Source: an uncultured candidate division Zixibacteria bacterium (GTDB taxonomy: Bacteria; Zixibacteria; MSB-5A5; UBA10806). From it: 64,000 nucleotides of DNA. The stretch is taken from the NCBI GenBank assembly GCA_963817915.1, contig CAWFQL010000017.1:480001-544000 (forward strand). The letters are read 5' to 3'. The notes beneath the pieces are model-generated. The model was not told where the DNA came from, searched no databases, and saw only the letters and a program-made list of their open reading frames with translations. A program made the position numbers and the translations under genes. This document shows positions 62,711 to 64,000 of the stretch, piece by piece. Positions within the stretch are counted from its first letter, which is position 1, and every line of letters begins with the position of its first letter.

Positions 62711-63550
62711 GTGGAGGGCCAACAAAAATGCAGCAATTGCGGTCAACCGCGCGATCCTGAGGATCGTTTTTGCAAAAATTGCGGGAAACCATTCGAGGCG
62801 CCGCCGCCTCCTGAGCCGCCGCCCGCCGGACCATCAGACCAGATGGGACAATCACCATTGCTATCGCAGACAACCTCTTCATCAGAAGAGAAGCATGTCC
62901 CCTGGGAGCAACGAGAAAAATACGGATTTTTCGGAGGATTATGGGAGACCTGGAAAGAATCGGTTTTTTACCCCAATAGATTTTTCAGTAAGCTGCCCTT
63001 TACCGGCGGCCTAGCCAGCCCCTTGCTCTATGCATTAATCACAAGCTGGTTCGGTTATGCAGTGTACTATATTTACGAGATAATATTCGCCAGCTTCTGG
63101 CTGGGACTGGTCTCGTCATTGGTAAAAGAGCCTCAGATCATGTCGGTGATGGGTTTGCAGGGCGGTTTGACCATTTTAAAGCTCATTATCATACCGGGCA
63201 TGATCGTCGTCAGTTTGTTTATAATGAGCGGAATATATCATTTGCTCTTCATGCTGTTCGGTTGGGCCAAACGAGACTTCGAGGCTACATTCCGAGCACT
63301 CGCTTATAGCTACGGAACTGCGCTCTTTATGATAGTTCCGCTTTGCGGAAGTGTGGTCGGACTTGTATGGTATATTGTCATCGCCATCACAGGCCTAAAA
63401 CATGCGCAGCAAACGACCGGCGGCAAAGCGGCGTTAGTGTTTTTTATACCGCTAATTCTTTTCTGCTGCTGTGTCGCCATCATGATGGCCTTATTCTGGA
63501 CGGCGATTATCGGCATGATCGGCGCGGCCAGTCATTTCGGAGTAGATTGA
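62711..63550 (+). CDS. YIP1-family membrane protein with N-terminal zinc ribbon (GTG start)
   Basis: CSNCG...FCKNCG, Pro-rich linker, PWE...PNRFF, FEATFRALAYS, about 5 TM segments. Confidence 0.85.
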   Translation: MEGQQKCSNCGQPRDPEDRFCKNCGKPFEAPPPPEPPPAGPSDQMGQSPLLSQTTSSSEEKHVPWEQREKYGFFGGLWETWKESVFYPNRFFSKLPFTGGLASPLLYALITSWFGYAVYYIYEIIFASFWLGLVSSLVKEPQIMSVMGLQGGLTILKLIIIPGMIVVSLFIMSGIYHLLFMLFGWAKRDFEATFRALAYSYGTALFMIVPLCGSVVGLVWYIVIAITGLKHAQQTTGGKAALVFFIPLILFCCCVAIMMALFWTAIIGMIGAASHFGVD

Positions 63551-63565
63551 GATATTGAAGCGGCG

Positions 63566-63883
63566 CTGTCGGGTCATTGAACTCGATAGTAGGGCAGGAG
63601 TCGCAGACTCCTTTTTTGGGTGGCAGTCGTCACCGACTGCCCCTAAAATATCAAATCAAAGGGGCAGCTGTGGACAGCTGCCGCCCAAGAAAGAACGGTG
63701 CTGTCGGGTCCCCGACCCGACAAAGACGCCGTCGTAGGTCGGGTTCAGAATGAGCGTAGCGAATTTACAATCCGGCAACTGACGGATGAAAAACCCGACA
63801 ACATTGTAGGGGTTTGATTCATCAAACCCCAAGGCAAATCGAATACCAAATGCCTTGGCAGGAGTGTTCCACTCCTGCCCTAC
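63566..63883. repeat. cluster of REP-like elements
   Basis: GTAGGGCAGGAGT (63589) and its inverse ACTCCTGCCCTAC (63871-63883); TGTCGGGTCCCCGACCCGACA; 63734-63800 is near-identical to 22475-22542; GTAGGGGTTTGATTCATCAAACCCC (63806). Confidence 0.88.
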
Positions 63884-63896
63884 ATAGCGTCTTTAA

Positions 63897-64000
63897 ATGA
63901 AAATTAAAATCGAAAATACTCCGCCGAAATCATCGGTGCATATTATCTGGGGACCGATTGTAATAGCCCTTTTGATTGTCGGCTGGTTGTTTCGCGATTT
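63897..64000 (+). CDS. start of a probable membrane protein, truncated by the window edge
   Basis: MKIKIENTPPKSSVHIIWGPIVIALLIVGWLFRD, open to the end. Confidence 0.5.
   Translation, partial: MKIKIENTPPKSSVHIIWGPIVIALLIVGWLFRD

Overview
This is a core-genome window from a Gram-negative bacterium. A QNYPNPFN-type C-terminal sorting domain and the gene content suggest an FCB-group organism, possibly Zixibacteria (inference only). 1-22.2 kb holds the rpoC 3' part and the complete str, S10, spc and alpha ribosomal clusters; tuf carries a +1 frameshift. Next come two tRNAs, a zinc-ribbon gene, guaB, a fur-feoB-Cys-rich-DtxR/FeoA iron locus and an MFS transporter. A long mixed operon follows (ecfT truA tal purB psd pssA purSQ tatA rrf2 iscS-like iscU). 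The rest contains an ECF sigma/anti-sigma pair, a MATE transporter, the ffh-rpsP-khpA-rimM-trmD-rplS-rnhB operon, a 14-repeat LVIVD secreted protein, lemA, rnpB, recJ, PBP1A, tyrS, prfB (programmed frameshift), pta, a broken pentapeptide-repeat gene and a YIP1 gene. Four observations stand out. (1) The IscS-like protein lacks the PLP lysine and the substrate-binding Asn/Gln/Arg but keeps the loop Cys, next to an intact IscU. (2) Dense GTAG-type REP/REPIN-like palindrome clusters carry a small GA-flanked hairpin module nested in several different host repeats. (3) The LVIVD gene is bracketed by a 44-bp direct repeat of its own 3' end. (4) Candidate cis-regulatory RNA structures lie upstream of guaB, fusA and the zinc-ribbon gene. 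No transposase, integrase, CRISPR array or rRNA was seen.
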